A DNA stretch of 64,000 nt from the human T2T-CHM13v2.0 reference genome, Homo sapiens (GCF_009914755.1 NC_060927.1), one strand, 5' to 3'; positions 12,881 to 26,835 are shown, counted from the stretch's first letter. Numbers and translations are program-made. Notes: generated by a model from the letters alone, not told the origin.

Positions 12881-14592
12881 TCTATAAACAATAAGTAAAT
12901 CAATAGAGGACCTTCAACAGAACAAACTAAAAAAATTAAAAATTCATATTCTAAAATTTAAGGCTCAAAAAAGTTATAATTAAAAGTTAATAAAATCATG
13001 GACTTACACTTACATTTGTGTATCAAATCTTGAAATTTGGAAAAAAAATATAATGGTGGTAAGACCATAACAGAAATTCATGTAAAATTCCTAAGAAATG
13101 GTTTAGCTTCCCCTCTTCAAAAAGAATTTCTGTAAATTAATTAACTTAGTGTGTGGTGCTAAGTATATTGTATAATCTTTTTCTGATGTTGAAATGTTTA
13201 TCATGGAAGGCCCTGCACAGCACATACCCTGTCATGGGATGTACATCTCTTGCTGACTCACTTTTCCTGGATCCCTCTCTCTGCCTGATACTCCTCCCAA
13301 ACACAGAGACACCTCGGATTCCAGGGGTGTGCTTAGCATCTTTACTGCCTTCCAGTGCCCTTCACTCTGATTGATCCACCCTCTTCCTCTTATTGTTGTT
13401 TGCTGATATCTTTCTGTTTACTCTCCTCTCAGGAATAACTATGTGGACTTTGCCACCAGCCTCACATTAGTTCTCCTGCTACCATTTGCTGGCTTCTTCA
13501 ATATCACCATCTCTTGCATATAAGGGACTCCATATTTTTTTTTTTTTTACTCTTCTAAAATTTAATTTTAAAAAATCTTACAAAAAAAACTTACCTAGTA
13601 TATATACACATTTGAATTGTTATATGCTGATATGTTTTATCATCATTACCTTCAGAATCATGCCTTAGAAAATCTTACCCCTTGAACATGACTTTCTCAG
13701 AGTTGTTCCCCATCTTTTCCCAATTCAATTGCACATAAACTTATTATACAAACACACAAACAAAAATTGACAAATCTGCTTTTATTCTGACTTGTGCTTC
13801 TGATTCTCACCTCATTTCCCTTGCATCCTCAAATTTCTCACTCTCTCTCCATTTCTTCCCATTCATTCTTTGCTCTCTTCAAACTGTCTTCTAGCTTTAT
13901 TCCAGAGATAATCACAAATACTGCTAGCTGCCTTTCTATTAGAATATCTAATGGAAATCTTTCCGTCTTGATCCTACTGTCTCTCAGCAGCAGTTAGAAC
14001 TCTTGACAACTATTTCCTTATTAAGAAACCATGTTCTTTTTGACTTGCAAAACACCACACATTTTTTTTTTATTGTGGTTGGCCATTTCTTCTTAGACTT
14101 TGCTGACATCATATCCTCTCCTTTACTACTGGAACCTAAAAGGCCCTCTCTCCCTAGATGATTTCATACATTTCCATGGATGTAGCTATGTCTTTCTGCT
14201 GATTACACCTATATTTATATACCTGCCCCTGTTCTCCTCAAATTTCAGGTTCTATTATCATAAATATAACTACCTCTTGAACTCTCTAAGCTCATAGCTT
14301 CTCAAACTTTGCATTTCTGAAAAGGAACTCTTGAATTTCCCCTCACAGTGTCATAATCCTCACCCAATCCTACTTGCTTTAATAAGTGAGATCACCTTCC
14401 ACCCAGCTGCTCAGCCCCTAACTCACCTCTAATCAATCATTCAATTCTTTGGTTAATTCTCCTAAATGTGGCCTGAATATGCTGCTTTACATCCATATTT
14501 TCTTTCACTTCCTAATCAAGGACATTTAAGTTCTTTCTAGTGCTGATCTTCCCATAGGATCTTCCTGTCTCCATTCTTGTTTCCTTCTAATC

Positions 14593-14782
14593 CAGGGGTC
14601 TGCAGACTTTTTCTATAAACAGATGGTAAACATTTTAGACTGTGTGAACCATACAGTCTATTGCAACCACTCAATTCAGCCATTCATTGTAGCAGGAAAG
14701 CAGTCACAGACAATACATAAAATAATAAGCGTGAGGGTGTTCCAATAACACTTTATTTACAAAAAAAGAGGTTAAACTCCTG
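14593..14782 (+). mobile_element. MER58A hAT-Charlie MITE (3' deletion)
   Basis: CAGGGGTCTGCAGACTTTTTCTATAAA...GTGTTCCAATAACACTTTATTTACAAAA matches recalled MER58A consensus. Confidence 0.9.
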
Positions 14783-15004
14783 CCATGCTACAGCTAGAGT
14801 GAGCTCTCTCAATACAAATATTATGTCACTCCTCTGCTTAACACCCACCCTGAATGACTTCTGACTACATATAAAAGAAAATCCAAATGTGTGGCTTCCA
14901 AAGCAATGCCTGACTTGGCTCTTTCTTTCCTTTCTCATTTTATCTGAGGTCCCATCATCTTCAGTCACCATTCTCCTTTAAGTTTCTTAAGCGTGTGCAG
15001 GACT

Positions 15005-15160
15005 CAGGACCTGCTACATAATTTGCAAAGTCCAGTGAAAAATGAAAATATGAGGCTCCTCATGTAAAAACTATTAAGAATAGCAAAATGGCAATAGATT
15101 CATAAACTAAGCACAGGACTCTTCTGTGTATCACAAGTGACACATCTATGAATGCTGAAT
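15005..15160. mobile_element. MER45A hAT-Tip100 MITE
   Basis: caggacctgctacataatttgcaaagtccagtgaaaaatgaaaatatgaggctcc...aaaactattaagaat. Confidence 0.8.
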
Positions 15161-16814
15161 ATCCACCCTATAATCTTTGAATATACGTTCTTAAACCCTG
15201 AACAATATCTTCCATCCCCACTTCTCATGCTGCTCTTCCTCATCTTTTAGGTTTCAGTTAAAAAACAGCATTTTCTCAGGCCAGACTTTCCAACTACCTT
15301 GCCCAAAGTGGAGCCTCCTTCTATACCCATGTCTTATTCCTTTATTTTTTATTACAGTTTTGCAGCAGCAGTTGTCATTACTGGAAATTAGATATATATT
15401 TTATTTGAACTGTAAATTGTGATGGCATTATAATAATCACTGACTCATGTATTAATGACCCAGAACAAATAAGCATGGGCTTATAATGAAAACTAGCTAC
15501 TATGGTAGTGAAAATAATTCTGAGCCACTATTACAATTTTTTTTCCCAAACCACGTTTCCACTTTATTATTATTTTTGGTATATGTGGGGGAAACAAGGT
15601 TTTTGGGACTAAATAAGTCAGTTGTGATGAGAAACCACAGATATGTAAGTTACATTAAAAAATATTTTTATGTTATTCTTGAAAGAATCTGTGGCAGCAT
15701 AAAAATGAAAACAAATATATTTAGAGATAACCCAAAACAAAGGCCACCTTAAGGAATCAAAAAATCTGCACTTTTAGGAACTAAAACTAGGCTACTTATA
15801 ATAAATGCAAAATTTTACATATAGATAACCTAGTTTATATAAATATTTCTCTGACAAGAGGAAGCATATGCATTCTTCCATAGGAGACTTTTCTGGCATG
15901 TTAGCATGAGAAATGTTCAAGACAGTCCTTTTATAAGATATGTGACTCCCTGGACACTAAGGTATAATATAGCATGCAGTATCTTCAGGTTTAAAATGGA
16001 AATACTTTAAAAATAATTGTTCATATGTACTGTTCTGATTTTAATAATCAAAAGTATGAAAATACTGTATAAAATTAGACACTTTTTCATATTCAATTCT
16101 AAATTATTCATGTAATTTCATGAATGTAAATATATCAATATCAAAGGCTGAGATATTGATATCTTTCTTGTTTTTATTTTTCTGTTTGTTCTAATGGTTC
16201 AACTTATTAGAAGACTTAAATAGGGAGATCTACAAAATCAATTCAGGCCAATTTGTTTTCTTCACTCCAACATGAACATACATTATGGACAGTTTGTGTT
16301 ACTTATTGAATTATTAAAAATATGCGGTAGGATATCAGACCCACACAAAATCTTTGTTATTTTGCTATCAACATTTAAGGGCTGGAATTTTATTGTTGTC
16401 CTCAAATAAGATCAAACATTTTAGTATATTCATGAGAAACAAAAGTTATTAGAGGAAGAGCAAAACAGGATAGCTGTACAGATTTTTTTAATGTGGATCA
16501 TCCAGATTAATTTCACTGTTCACATATATTACCACCAAAACTCAAGTAAATTGAATGTATAGGAGTCAAGCTGACATTTTAGCTGATCTTCATGATTGAA
16601 GTGGATCAGCTACTGAAGATTTTTAGAATAATAAAGTTCTAAATAGATTTATTTTTAATAATATTGGAGACATATGCTTTCTACAGATGCTTACTTCAAA
16701 CATAAATCTTTTTGTGGTTTTTGTCATCAGTTTACTAAATACTTTTGGATTAGTTATACCAATATTTTTCTCTGTTTTGGATATTTATATATGAGAGAAA
16801 AATATATTTCTGAA

Positions 16815-16950
16815 GTTTGGACAGCTAGCTTTAAGTTCTCGTTCTGCTACTTACTAGCTATCACTACAGGCAGATAATTTAGCTTCTATGAATCTCAGTT
16901 TTATATGTGGAACAGTCCATGACTACATAACTAAGAGGGTAGTTGTAAGA
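16815..16950 (+). mobile_element. MIR fragment followed by (AT)n at 16950-16975
   Basis: ctgctacttactagcta...ggcagataatttagcttctatgaatctcagttt. Confidence 0.7.
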
Positions 16951-17926
16951 ATATATATATATATATATATATATAATCTGTTGACATATACAAATGATAA
17001 TGGTATTTTTGATGACAGTATTAAACTAATTATTTTGTAAGACTGAAGAAACTGGCTGAAAGATTTTATTGCTTTTGGTTCAATGTGATATTCTCATTTT
17101 GTAGTTCTTTTTTTCCAATTCTGAGTTTTTATCCGTTTTTATTTTTTCTTTATTGCCTTTTGCATCCTGTCCGTGATGCATCCCTTGTCATTTTCTGTAC
17201 TGCCAGTTTGGAAATATCCCAGAGGATATCATTATATAGGTTCAACCAGACTTTGATGATAGCTATTTTGTTGGATGAGGGCTATTCTATTGATTTGTTA
17301 CATGTTGCATAGGAATAGATACCTGGAGACACATATTTGTTAAGTTTCTGATATAGCTTGCAGTTGCAGGTGGTGGTTTACACAATTTAACATCGTTTTA
17401 AACTCACTGGTTGAGAATATTTCAAAGCATTTCCTTGATATGAGTGAGTTCTACACATTTTATTCCCTTAGGTTTAACTTTTTACAACCTGTTTGGGTTG
17501 CACTTTAATAGAAGTGTTTGAATAAGCCTACTGTCTTGACAACTTTTAACTCCATTTAGATTTCATATGGTATTGCTCTGTTTTTATTAAGTAACTGACA
17601 TGCAATTTCTGTTATATAAAGTGCTTGAAATGAATTCCTAATTCCCAAACTATATTTCTCTTTTCCTCTTGAACCAGAAAAAATAAAAGTTTAGAATAAC
17701 AATTGCAAAATCATACCATTTCTTCTGTTAATTTTCTTTATTTCTGCTTCATTACATGAAAATAAATTGATGATTTGCAGAAGGATTTTCTGTTTAAATT
17801 TTTAAAATAAATTCTGTTCAATATATGTATAGACATATATGAATTTCTTCAAGTATTTTATATAACAAAAATTGTCATTGGTTACTTAACAAAAATGGAG
17901 CAATAGGGTATGCCATTTAAATGGAG

Positions 17927-18006
17927 TTAAAATTTATATATATAAATATATAAATAAATATAATATATATAAATATAATATAATATATAAATATAATATA
18001 TATATA
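17927..18006. repeat. Pure A/T low-complexity tract (~80 bp)
   Basis: No G or C; (ATATA/ATAA)-type units. Confidence 0.9.
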
Positions 18007-18089
18007 CAAACACATATATAGTATTTGCCTAGAAGAGAGATAAAAGATGTGTTTAATATCTGTTTGCCACTTCAATGGCATATCATCTG

Positions 18090-18550
18090 TATTTCTTGAC
18101 TCTAAATATTATTCTATAAGTGTATTCCAAAACAATACAAAGGATTTACATGGACATTCATATAGAAGAATAATCATTGGGACATTGTTTAAATAGAGAA
18201 AAATTGGAAACTAAAATAAACAGCCCATATTAGGAAATAATTAAATTATGGAAATTCATAACCCTTAACGTGATGTTGCCATTAAGCATGTTTGTATTCA
18301 TTGGTACATGTGTATAATGTCCTATAAAGAATATAAGGAAATAAAGGCTAAAAGGATACAAAATTGTATATTCAGTATGACACAAGTGTGAAAAAACATA
18401 TATAAGAGATTAAAAGGAAATATACTAAAATGCTAGTATTGGCTGCCATCAGAGAGTTATAATACAGATTAATTTAGACTTTTTTCTCATTCACATTTTT
18501 TCCCAATTTCTCTAGTTTCCATAAGGAATATGAGAGTTTAAAATAGAACA
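18090..18550 (+). mobile_element. Old L1 (L1ME-type) 3' fragment
   Basis: cattgtttaaatagagaaaaattggaaac...aggatacaaaattgtatattcagtatga...aaggaaatatactaaaatgct. Confidence 0.65.
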
Positions 18551-19179
18551 AATATTATTATTTGAAATATAATATATAGTCAAAATAGTTGTTTTATTTC
18601 TTATATGGTGTTGTCATACCTTTAAAATTTTCAAACCCTTAAGAACTCATACATCTCAGGCTTATAACTTAGGTCAGGTGCTATTATTCTGCATTTCTAT
18701 TATACTACCTTATTGTGTCAGAAACTTATATTACAGAGAAGCAGTGTATACTGGACACTGAAAGACTAGGCAAGTTTGAGACTGCAGGGTAGAGAGGAAA
18801 GTAAGCAATTGGCCAAGTAACTCCTTATAAAGTCACATTTTGCCATCCTAACGATGGAGATGGCCCATGACACATAACAATCGAATAGCAGATTTAAGTC
18901 TCCTGTCATTTTATATGACTGCCTTCTAAACGGAGTTGTGTGTATAATATATTCCTGTACTTCAGTCATCTTATCAGACAAAATGTATAATTAGAAACAT
19001 AATACCAATGGGTATATGAACATTGGTAGTATGAAAAGTTAGATATTTGTTCATTATTTATTCATTCTTCTAAGAAACATGTATTGAAACTCCTCTGTCT
19101 AGCTACTGTGTTGCAGGCTAAAAAGCAGAGTTGTTATTTCTTCTGATTACATTACTATATCTATATAATCTATTATAAC

Positions 19180-19700
19180 AGAAGAACAGGTGAAATGTAG
19201 TACATGCACACAATGGAATACTATTTGGCTATAAAAAATATGAAATCGTGTCATTTACAGCAACATGGATGAACTTTAGTTCATTTTATGTGAAACAAGC
19301 CAGACTTAGAAAGACAAATTTCCCATGTTCTTACTCATATGTGGAGAGTTTAAAATGTTAATCTCTTTTTAGTTGAGAGTAGAATGATAGTTACCAAAAG
19401 CTAGGAAGGTTGTTTGGGTGGCAGTTGGGGGGATAAAGAGAGGTTGGTCAAAGGGTACAAACATACAGTTAGAAAATCTAAGTTGTAGTATTGGATATAG
19501 GGTAGATTAAGTGTAGTTAGAAACAAAGTCTTTTATATTTTAAAGTAGCTAGAAGAGAGGACTTGAAATGTCCTCAACACACAGAAATGTTGAGTACTCA
19601 AGGTGATACCCCAAATACCCTGATGTGATCATTACACATGTATGCAACAAAATATCACATGTACCCCACAAATACGTGTAATGTTATGTATCCATAAAAA
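19180..19700 (+). mobile_element. L1MA4-type LINE 3' end
   Basis: caatggaatactatttggctataaaa...tcatttacagcaacatggatgaac...gtagctagaagagaggacttgaaatg...aaatatcacatgtacccc. Confidence 0.9.
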
Positions 19701-20510
19701 GATACATTGATAATGTAATCATATCCCACTGTATAATTATTTTTGGAAGATATGTATCTTCATATATATATATAGTCATTTTAAACCATGACTTGAGTAC
19801 TAAACCAGTAGTAAATTTTGACCAGATCCAACAACTGCTCTTACTATTGAATTATCTTCACAGTCAATAATAGTAAAAGGTAATTTCTTGCATAGACAAA
19901 ATATATACACATTCCTGGTTAAGTAACAACTTCGCTAACCCTCAGTCATTATCCAAGTGATAACCCTGTAGTTCTTCAGTGCTTAATGTCTTATACCAGT
20001 GTTCAAAAGAACTATAAATATCTGAATATAATATGTCACACATTTAATAAATGTCCAGCATTTTGTAAAGAAATATTGAAATCTGAGGAATTGAAATTAT
20101 CCTCACTCTTGCAAGAAAAGTAAGAGAAACATACATGAGTAAGACACAAAGTTGCTTATGACTTATGTTAATACATACTAGGTGGTAAGATACTAATTAT
20201 AGTAGTGAACACAGGAAATGGAAGATTTGGAATAGTAAAGGAATTTCATTGAAGAAATGAGGCAGTGAGTTCTAAATGGCATTTAGAATTTGGATTATTG
20301 AAAAGGAGGCGAAAATGTCTCCTGAATACTTGGCGAACTTTAATACTATTTGTTTTCACTTAAGGACCTTGTTTAAGATGCAGATTTATTTTTTGATGTT
20401 TAATGTGCTGTCCATTAGGAGTGTTCAAGCAAAGGAATAAAAGTACAGCTTTTCGGTACTCTGTCAAATATAGATATTCGATGCTGGTGTCTTTAAAAAT
20501 ATTGCAATGA

Positions 20511-21035
<525 letters not shown>

Positions 21036-21118
21036 TTAGCGGAGCTACAGTGATTTAATCTTAAATATGAACCTTTATTTATCCACCATATTATATTTGA
21101 TACATGTTTTCCAACTTA

Positions 21119-21137
21119 CTGGGCCATCTACTGGTGT
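21119..21137 (-). promoter_or_regulatory. CTCF-like motif
   Basis: Minus strand ACACCAGTAGATGGCCCAG fits core CCASYAGRKGGC. Confidence 0.4.
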
Positions 21138-22265
21138 CCTACATTAGTTGAAAAAGAAAGTTAGTAATGCTGCTTCATTTTCATGTTCCCTATTGGTCTG
21201 TTTAGCTTTCCTTTTATTAATTGCATTCAAACTTCACAGTTGCAAGCACGTTTATTAGTGAAAGTTGCATCCATCTTTCTGTCTTCCATGCTCTCAGCAT
21301 AGTTTGTTGCATTCAGTAAGTGTGTTGAAGTGGACTTCTGCAATTTTCGTCTATAGAGTTTAAAAGTTTTCTTTGATTTTGACCTATGTCAGAATAATTG
21401 TCAATATTTTAATAACAGACTTGAGAATTATATTGTGCTTTTAAGGATGATTCTTCAGTTTGAATTTTTTTTTAACTTTGGTCCTCCAGTTGTATATAAT
21501 TGTAATTTTATATGGGATATTATTTTATTATTGTACCCTCAATCATCCTTAAAAACTTAGAACATAAATTTTAGAAAGATTTATGAATGGCAGTAACACA
21601 CTCCTAAATCTCACAAACATATATAACACAGCAAAATGTAGTATAAAATGTGGACACATTTGCATGCACTAATTATTGAACAATCCATATAACAAATATT
21701 TTAAAACCTTTCTTAGTATTACAAGTTACCCCGTGTTTAATAGGCTTCCCTCTTCATTCAACCAGCTCTTGTTCTCATTACCATATACATTGCCAACTAA
21801 GCGGCTTTTTATATGCCAAAATTGTTGTTTCAAACACTTATTTTTAGCTATTGGGCATTAGCACATCTTGATAGACTACAGTTATGTATTTGCAGCATTT
21901 TCATCTTATTTGAAAAGCAATATTTGTGCAATTATCTGAATATCTATTTGCGTCTTTCATATTGCCCTCAGTATTTTATATAAGAACATGAAAGTGAAAA
22001 AAATTATATTCTGATAAAAGAAATAAAAAGCAATTTTCTTGTATGTACTAAAATAGAACAAAGACAAAAATAAGTGTGTCAAATATGATATATTTTTAAG
22101 TTTAATTGGATAATTATTGGACATACACACATGAGTGTTATTAACCATGAAGGAAAATTAGAAAAAATAAAAGTTCATATATAAGATTCTGATAATAGAT
22201 CAATAGAGATTGTGTTTGAAAACCATGATATAACCCAAGAGTTTATATAAACATATATGCTATTC

Positions 22266-22360
22266 ATGTGTGTGTGTGTGTGTGTGTATATATATGTGTG
22301 TGTGTGTGCGCTATATATGTATACACACACACATGCACACAGACACACACACACACATAT
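22266..22360. repeat. (TG)n...(CA)n quasi-palindromic microsatellite
   Basis: TG runs 22267-22308 followed by CA runs 22323-22357. Confidence 0.92.
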
Positions 22361-23947
22361 CTCTGTTAATAGAACTGCAAACAGAGAACTACATTTAATA
22401 TTTAACTTTTGACCATTAATCTTCTTGTACACTATTAGGAACATATAGAGTTAAAAGCATTAAAATTCAATGAAGATAATTTGTAAATGATATTGAATTT
22501 TTTGAATGTATAATTTTTTCTCTTCTGTTTTTCGTTGTATCATTAAAAATTTCATGAGTAGAGATTATAGAAATCAGTTTTATTAAATTTATACAAATTC
22601 TATCCAGTAAAGACTTGGTTTGGGGTAGAATGCAATGTAATATAAATGTGCAGAGCTAAAATAATCAATTACCCTTTTTCCAAGAAAGAGAGAAATGATC
22701 ATGCTTTGTAAATACTTTGACAGGATTTAGTGTGTGGAAGAGAAAACTTTTTAACATCATTTTGCCTTTTATTTTATTAGCCATAGTTTTAAAACGGAGT
22801 TTTTAAAAAATTCCAACATAGCCTTAAGGTCATTGACAATTAAATACCTATTTTCAGTATTAAACAACTTTTTTGTGGCCCCATGTAGTCTATGTTGGTT
22901 GGTATTTTTAAAACAATGTCCTTTGTTATGTTACATTTTAACTACTTTGCTCTTTAAATTGTTTTCACAATATCTTGGCCTTTGTATTTTAAAATTTCCT
23001 GTTGTCCGTGTAAATTTCATATAATTTTATATTCTTCACATCACACTCTATTGTGAATACCTGCATGTAGTTTTAAAAAAATTATTTAGTTTTCATCTGA
23101 TGTACACACTGACCTTCTTGCTGTTTCAACAGTTAATTAAGTGGCGTAGCATAATTGAGATGGCATTTGTCTATCAACTTCAGTTTCAATAATTCAATTA
23201 TCTTTTCTGATTTTTAGCCAATAATATATTTCTTTCATATGTTCACTCAATCTGTACTAGTGAATCTAACATTATGTTCTGAACATACAGGAATTATCTT
23301 CTTAATATTCAGATGTCATAATGGGAAGAGATGCATGTAGGCACAAAATTAGATGTAGCAGTGAATCATACAATATCTGCTTTATTTGTAATACATATTT
23401 TCAAATTTTATCTTCAGTTACCATCTTTTTGTATTCAGGCAGTTATTTATGTGCTAGAAAATATACATTATGATATGTTATTCGTCTGGAAATTGTTTTG
23501 AAAAGACTAACATTCTATTTTGATGGTATAAGAGAGAATTTTTATAAAGCCCATTTTCATCAGGAACCGGTTTATTTGAATGTGTGCATTTCATACTGAA
23601 TGATTTTTATATTTGCATGGGTAACATAATTGTAAATATATATTTTGTGGCCAGAGAGCTGTAACTCTATTTCCCGCTGCCTTGGAAAATGACATTTTTT
23701 TTTTCAGAATTTAGATTTCCTTTCATTTTAATGAATTGTCGCTCATCAGACAGATGCATGGTCATCATTATTATGTGATAATAGCAACACTTGGTTTACT
23801 AAATAGAATCAAAATATTTTACATAACCTTGACTGATAGTTCTGTGAATCTTGGAGCAGTCTTTCAAGATGATATATTTTAGGCCCTAGCCCTTTAGTAG
23901 GTTTGCATTTAAATCAGACATTGTCAGAGAAGATATCAGAACACAAT

Positions 23948-24464
23948 TCTGGTAGACAGAATAATGGTTCCCAATTGATGGCCACATTCTAACCCCTGTA
24001 ACCTGTGAATATATTACCTTGCATGGCAAATGAAATATTGTACATGTGATTAAGTTAAGGATTTTGAAAAGGGGAGATTGTTTTGGATCAGTGGGGTGGG
24101 CCTCTCTCTGACTCTTTGCCTCTTTCTTTCCCTTGAGAAAATAAAGTCAGAGAGCACAATATGATGATGGAAGCAGAGGTCAGAGAGGAAGGGAGAATTT
24201 AAAGGTGCTAAACTGCTGGCTTTGAGGATGGAGTAAGGGGTCGGAGCCAAGGAATGCAGATGGACCTTAGAAGTGGGAAAGGCAAGGAAATGAATTTTCC
24301 TGCAGAGCTTCCTGAAGAAACATAGTACTGCTGAAACCTTGATTTTAGCGCCACAAAATCAGCGTCGCATTTCTGACCTCCAGACTGTATGATAGTAAAT
24401 TTGTGTTGTTTTAAACCACTAAATCTGTGGTAAATTGATACAGCAACATTAAGAAACTAATACA
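23948..24464 (+). mobile_element. MLT1D (ERVL-MaLR) solo LTR
   Basis: T(C)TGGTAGACAGAATAATGG...AAGAAACTAATACA; perfect 5-bp TSD ACAAT at 23943-23947 and 24465-24469. Confidence 0.93.
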
Positions 24465-25184
24465 ACAATCATTCGTATATAGAAGAATAAACCGTAGACT
24501 GTGTGAAAGAAGGCAAGGCAAAGTTTAATTATAAAGTAGATTAAGTTTGTCTCTGGAGTTCCCACTTCTTTTGGACATTTTCTAGTAAGAAAGAACCATT
24601 TCCTTCCTCATGCCCTAGCACAAGCATCTTATCCAAATCTTTCTCCCCATATGCTCCAGCTTCTTGTGTCTAATTTTCCCTAATACCTTACTACTTCCCT
24701 GCTATCTCCATTATACCTGTCCCCTACCCCATCATCATACACTTCGTTTATCTGTGATATCTGTGCTTGTAATTTATAAAGCTGCTATCTGACCTCTATT
24801 TCTCCATGAGAACATCTCTATTGCTGTCGGGCTTTTCACACCTATTCTCTATCCTACTATTAAAGTCATTCAGAATCACTTATAAAGAAGATTTTAATTC
24901 ACATCTATGGATAGAAAAGAAGCTTAGAATAAACAGGGCTTTCAGACCCTACTCCGATCACTCATCTTACCACTAGTATAAAATTATTGGAATGAATTTG
25001 AAGAATGGGTTGGCAAACGTAACAGTAGTGAGCTATTTGAAGCAGCTTATTAAAATTTGTAAGGAAGCAATGGAAATAAATATACTAATTATTGTTACAA
25101 ACCATAAAAATGCAAAATATAAAAGGAGCATCTATCGTATAACATACTCTGACTTTTTATTTCAGGTAACAACAAAAACCATAA

Positions 25185-25325
25185 TAGGTCCTAGTATATC
25201 CCAACCACTCCTCTAAATATTTTCATGTATGCACGTATTTAATCCTTGCAACTACTCTGTCCTCACTGACTACCAGAGGAAGCTGAAGCACGAATAAGTG
25301 AGGTGATTTGCCCAGTGAGGTAGGG
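25185..25325 (-). mobile_element. MIR fragment followed by (TG)n at ~25330-25362
   Basis: atttaatccttgcaactactctg...gaggaagctgaagcacg...gtgaggtgatttgccc. Confidence 0.7.
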
Positions 25326-25484
25326 TACAGTGTGTGTGTATGTGTGTGTGTGTGTGTGTGCATGCTGTAAGCACCTACAAAATAATCTAAAAGCAGCAGA
25401 ATTATTTTCTAGTGTCATGGGTATTGTCTATTAATAGGCTGTGAATACATTAAAAACTATATTGAAATATATCCTGTGCTAGCT

Positions 25485-25748
25485 ACAGTATAAGAGGTGT
25501 TTTGGAGCATGGATTCAGGAGCCAGATTGCCTACATTCAATCAGTGTTTTCACTACTCAGGTTCATAGCATTTCTTCCATAGACAAGTCATTTAACCATT
25601 CTGCTCCTCAGTTGTTTAAGATAATACAGTTGTATGTCATAATGGGTTATTAGGAAGATTAGGGGAGTTAATCTAGGTAAAGTACTTTGGAACATTATTT
25701 AATACAAGGTAAGTGCTTTGTTGGTGTTAGTTATATAATTATTATTAT
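25485..25748 (+). mobile_element. MIR SINE
   Basis: gagcatggattcaggagccagattgcct...gacaagtcatttaaccattctgctcctcagtt...gtaagtgct. Confidence 0.8.
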
Positions 25749-26088
25749 AATAGAAGAAAAGCCATCTCATATATATGTGCATTTAATAAAAAAAGGGTAC
25801 ATATAATTTTGAATCATCATTTCTTTCATTTATCCCAAGTATACATTTTTATCCTCATTATCTTTAATCAATGTCAGATAAAATAATCTTGAGTAAACTA
25901 GTCTGGTCAATTGTGTATTTATGTGTAGCAAAATTGAGATTGCTTCCAAGTTGATTTAGTGGTCAAGGGTAGAATTCCTTGGAATGATCACGTGAGTTTA
26001 TTACAGATAGAGTCCAGTTTTCCTTTCCTCTGAAGACAGCCAGGACACTCACAAGAAATGTTAATGCTGGAAAAACAGTGCTTTAAAT

Positions 26089-26273
26089 CAGTGATCCTTA
26101 AACTTTAATATACATCTGAATGATCTAGAGGGCTGGTAGAAACACACATTGCTAGTCTGCATCCCCACAGTACCTGATTCAGTAGGACTAGGGAGAAGCC
26201 TGAGAATCTGCATTTCTATAAAGTTTCAACTAATGATGCTGCTGGTCCAGGGGTTATGCTTTGAGGACCAGTG
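26089..26273. mobile_element. MER5A hAT-Charlie MITE, full length
   Basis: CAGTGATCCTTAAA...TTTGAGGACCAGTG; ctgattcagtagg...cctgagaatctgcatttcta; 8-bp TSD CTTTAAAT (26081-26088) / CTTGAAAT (26274-26281). Confidence 0.92.
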
Positions 26274-26699
26274 CTTGAAATCTTTAAGCTATAGAAGAAG
26301 GAATTTGGAAGAGATAGAAATGTTTTAGAATTTTTTTTTTGTCTTCAAATAACATTGTATTAGGCTAGCTCTACAAAAATATCAAGACTATAGATTCAAT
26401 AGCAGATTGGCTATTGTGATTGAAAGGCTGATTTTAAATGTCACTTGATTAAGTGATTGCAAAGAATTGTGAATTCTTACAGACACTCTTCACCAGTGTT
26501 TACCAAACTATTCTTCTGCCTAGAAATGTCTACCCTCCATGGTTTTCTAACCAAGCTCACTCTCTAGGAATTATTTTTAATACTACATTTTTCTTGAGAG
26601 CTTTCTATGATCCACGAGAAGTTATTTTACTTTCCTAACTGCTCCTAACACAAAATATACTTCCATTGATAAATCTTCCCAGTTGTAGTTTAATTTGTT

Positions 26700-26835
26700 A
26701 ATTTGCACATGAGTTCCTGCTATAGAGTGTGACCTCTTATTTGTCTTTGTAATTCCAACAGCTAGCTCAGTGCCAGGAAGATAAGAGTCACTAAATAAAT
26801 ATTAGGTGAATGAATATCTAAGTAAATAAATGATT
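26700..26835 (+). mobile_element. L2 3' end
   Basis: tcttatttgtctttgtaattccaacagctagctcagtgccagg...aataaatattaggtgaatgaat. Confidence 0.7.

Larger units (their letters stand above)
13680..15400 (+). mobile_element. L2 LINE body interrupted by MER58A and MER45A
   Basis: Pyrimidine-rich L2-like sequence (atctaatggaaatctttccgtcttgatcctactgtctctcagcagcagtt; atgtcactcctctgcttaacaccc) resumes after each insertion; edges approximate. Confidence 0.75.

Noticed and set aside
25150-25171. Recursive-splice-like tttttatttcag|gtaaca (also cag|gtaaag at ~5933)
   Set aside because: Regenerated donors lack the GTAAG/GTGAG consensus of validated sites; expected by chance
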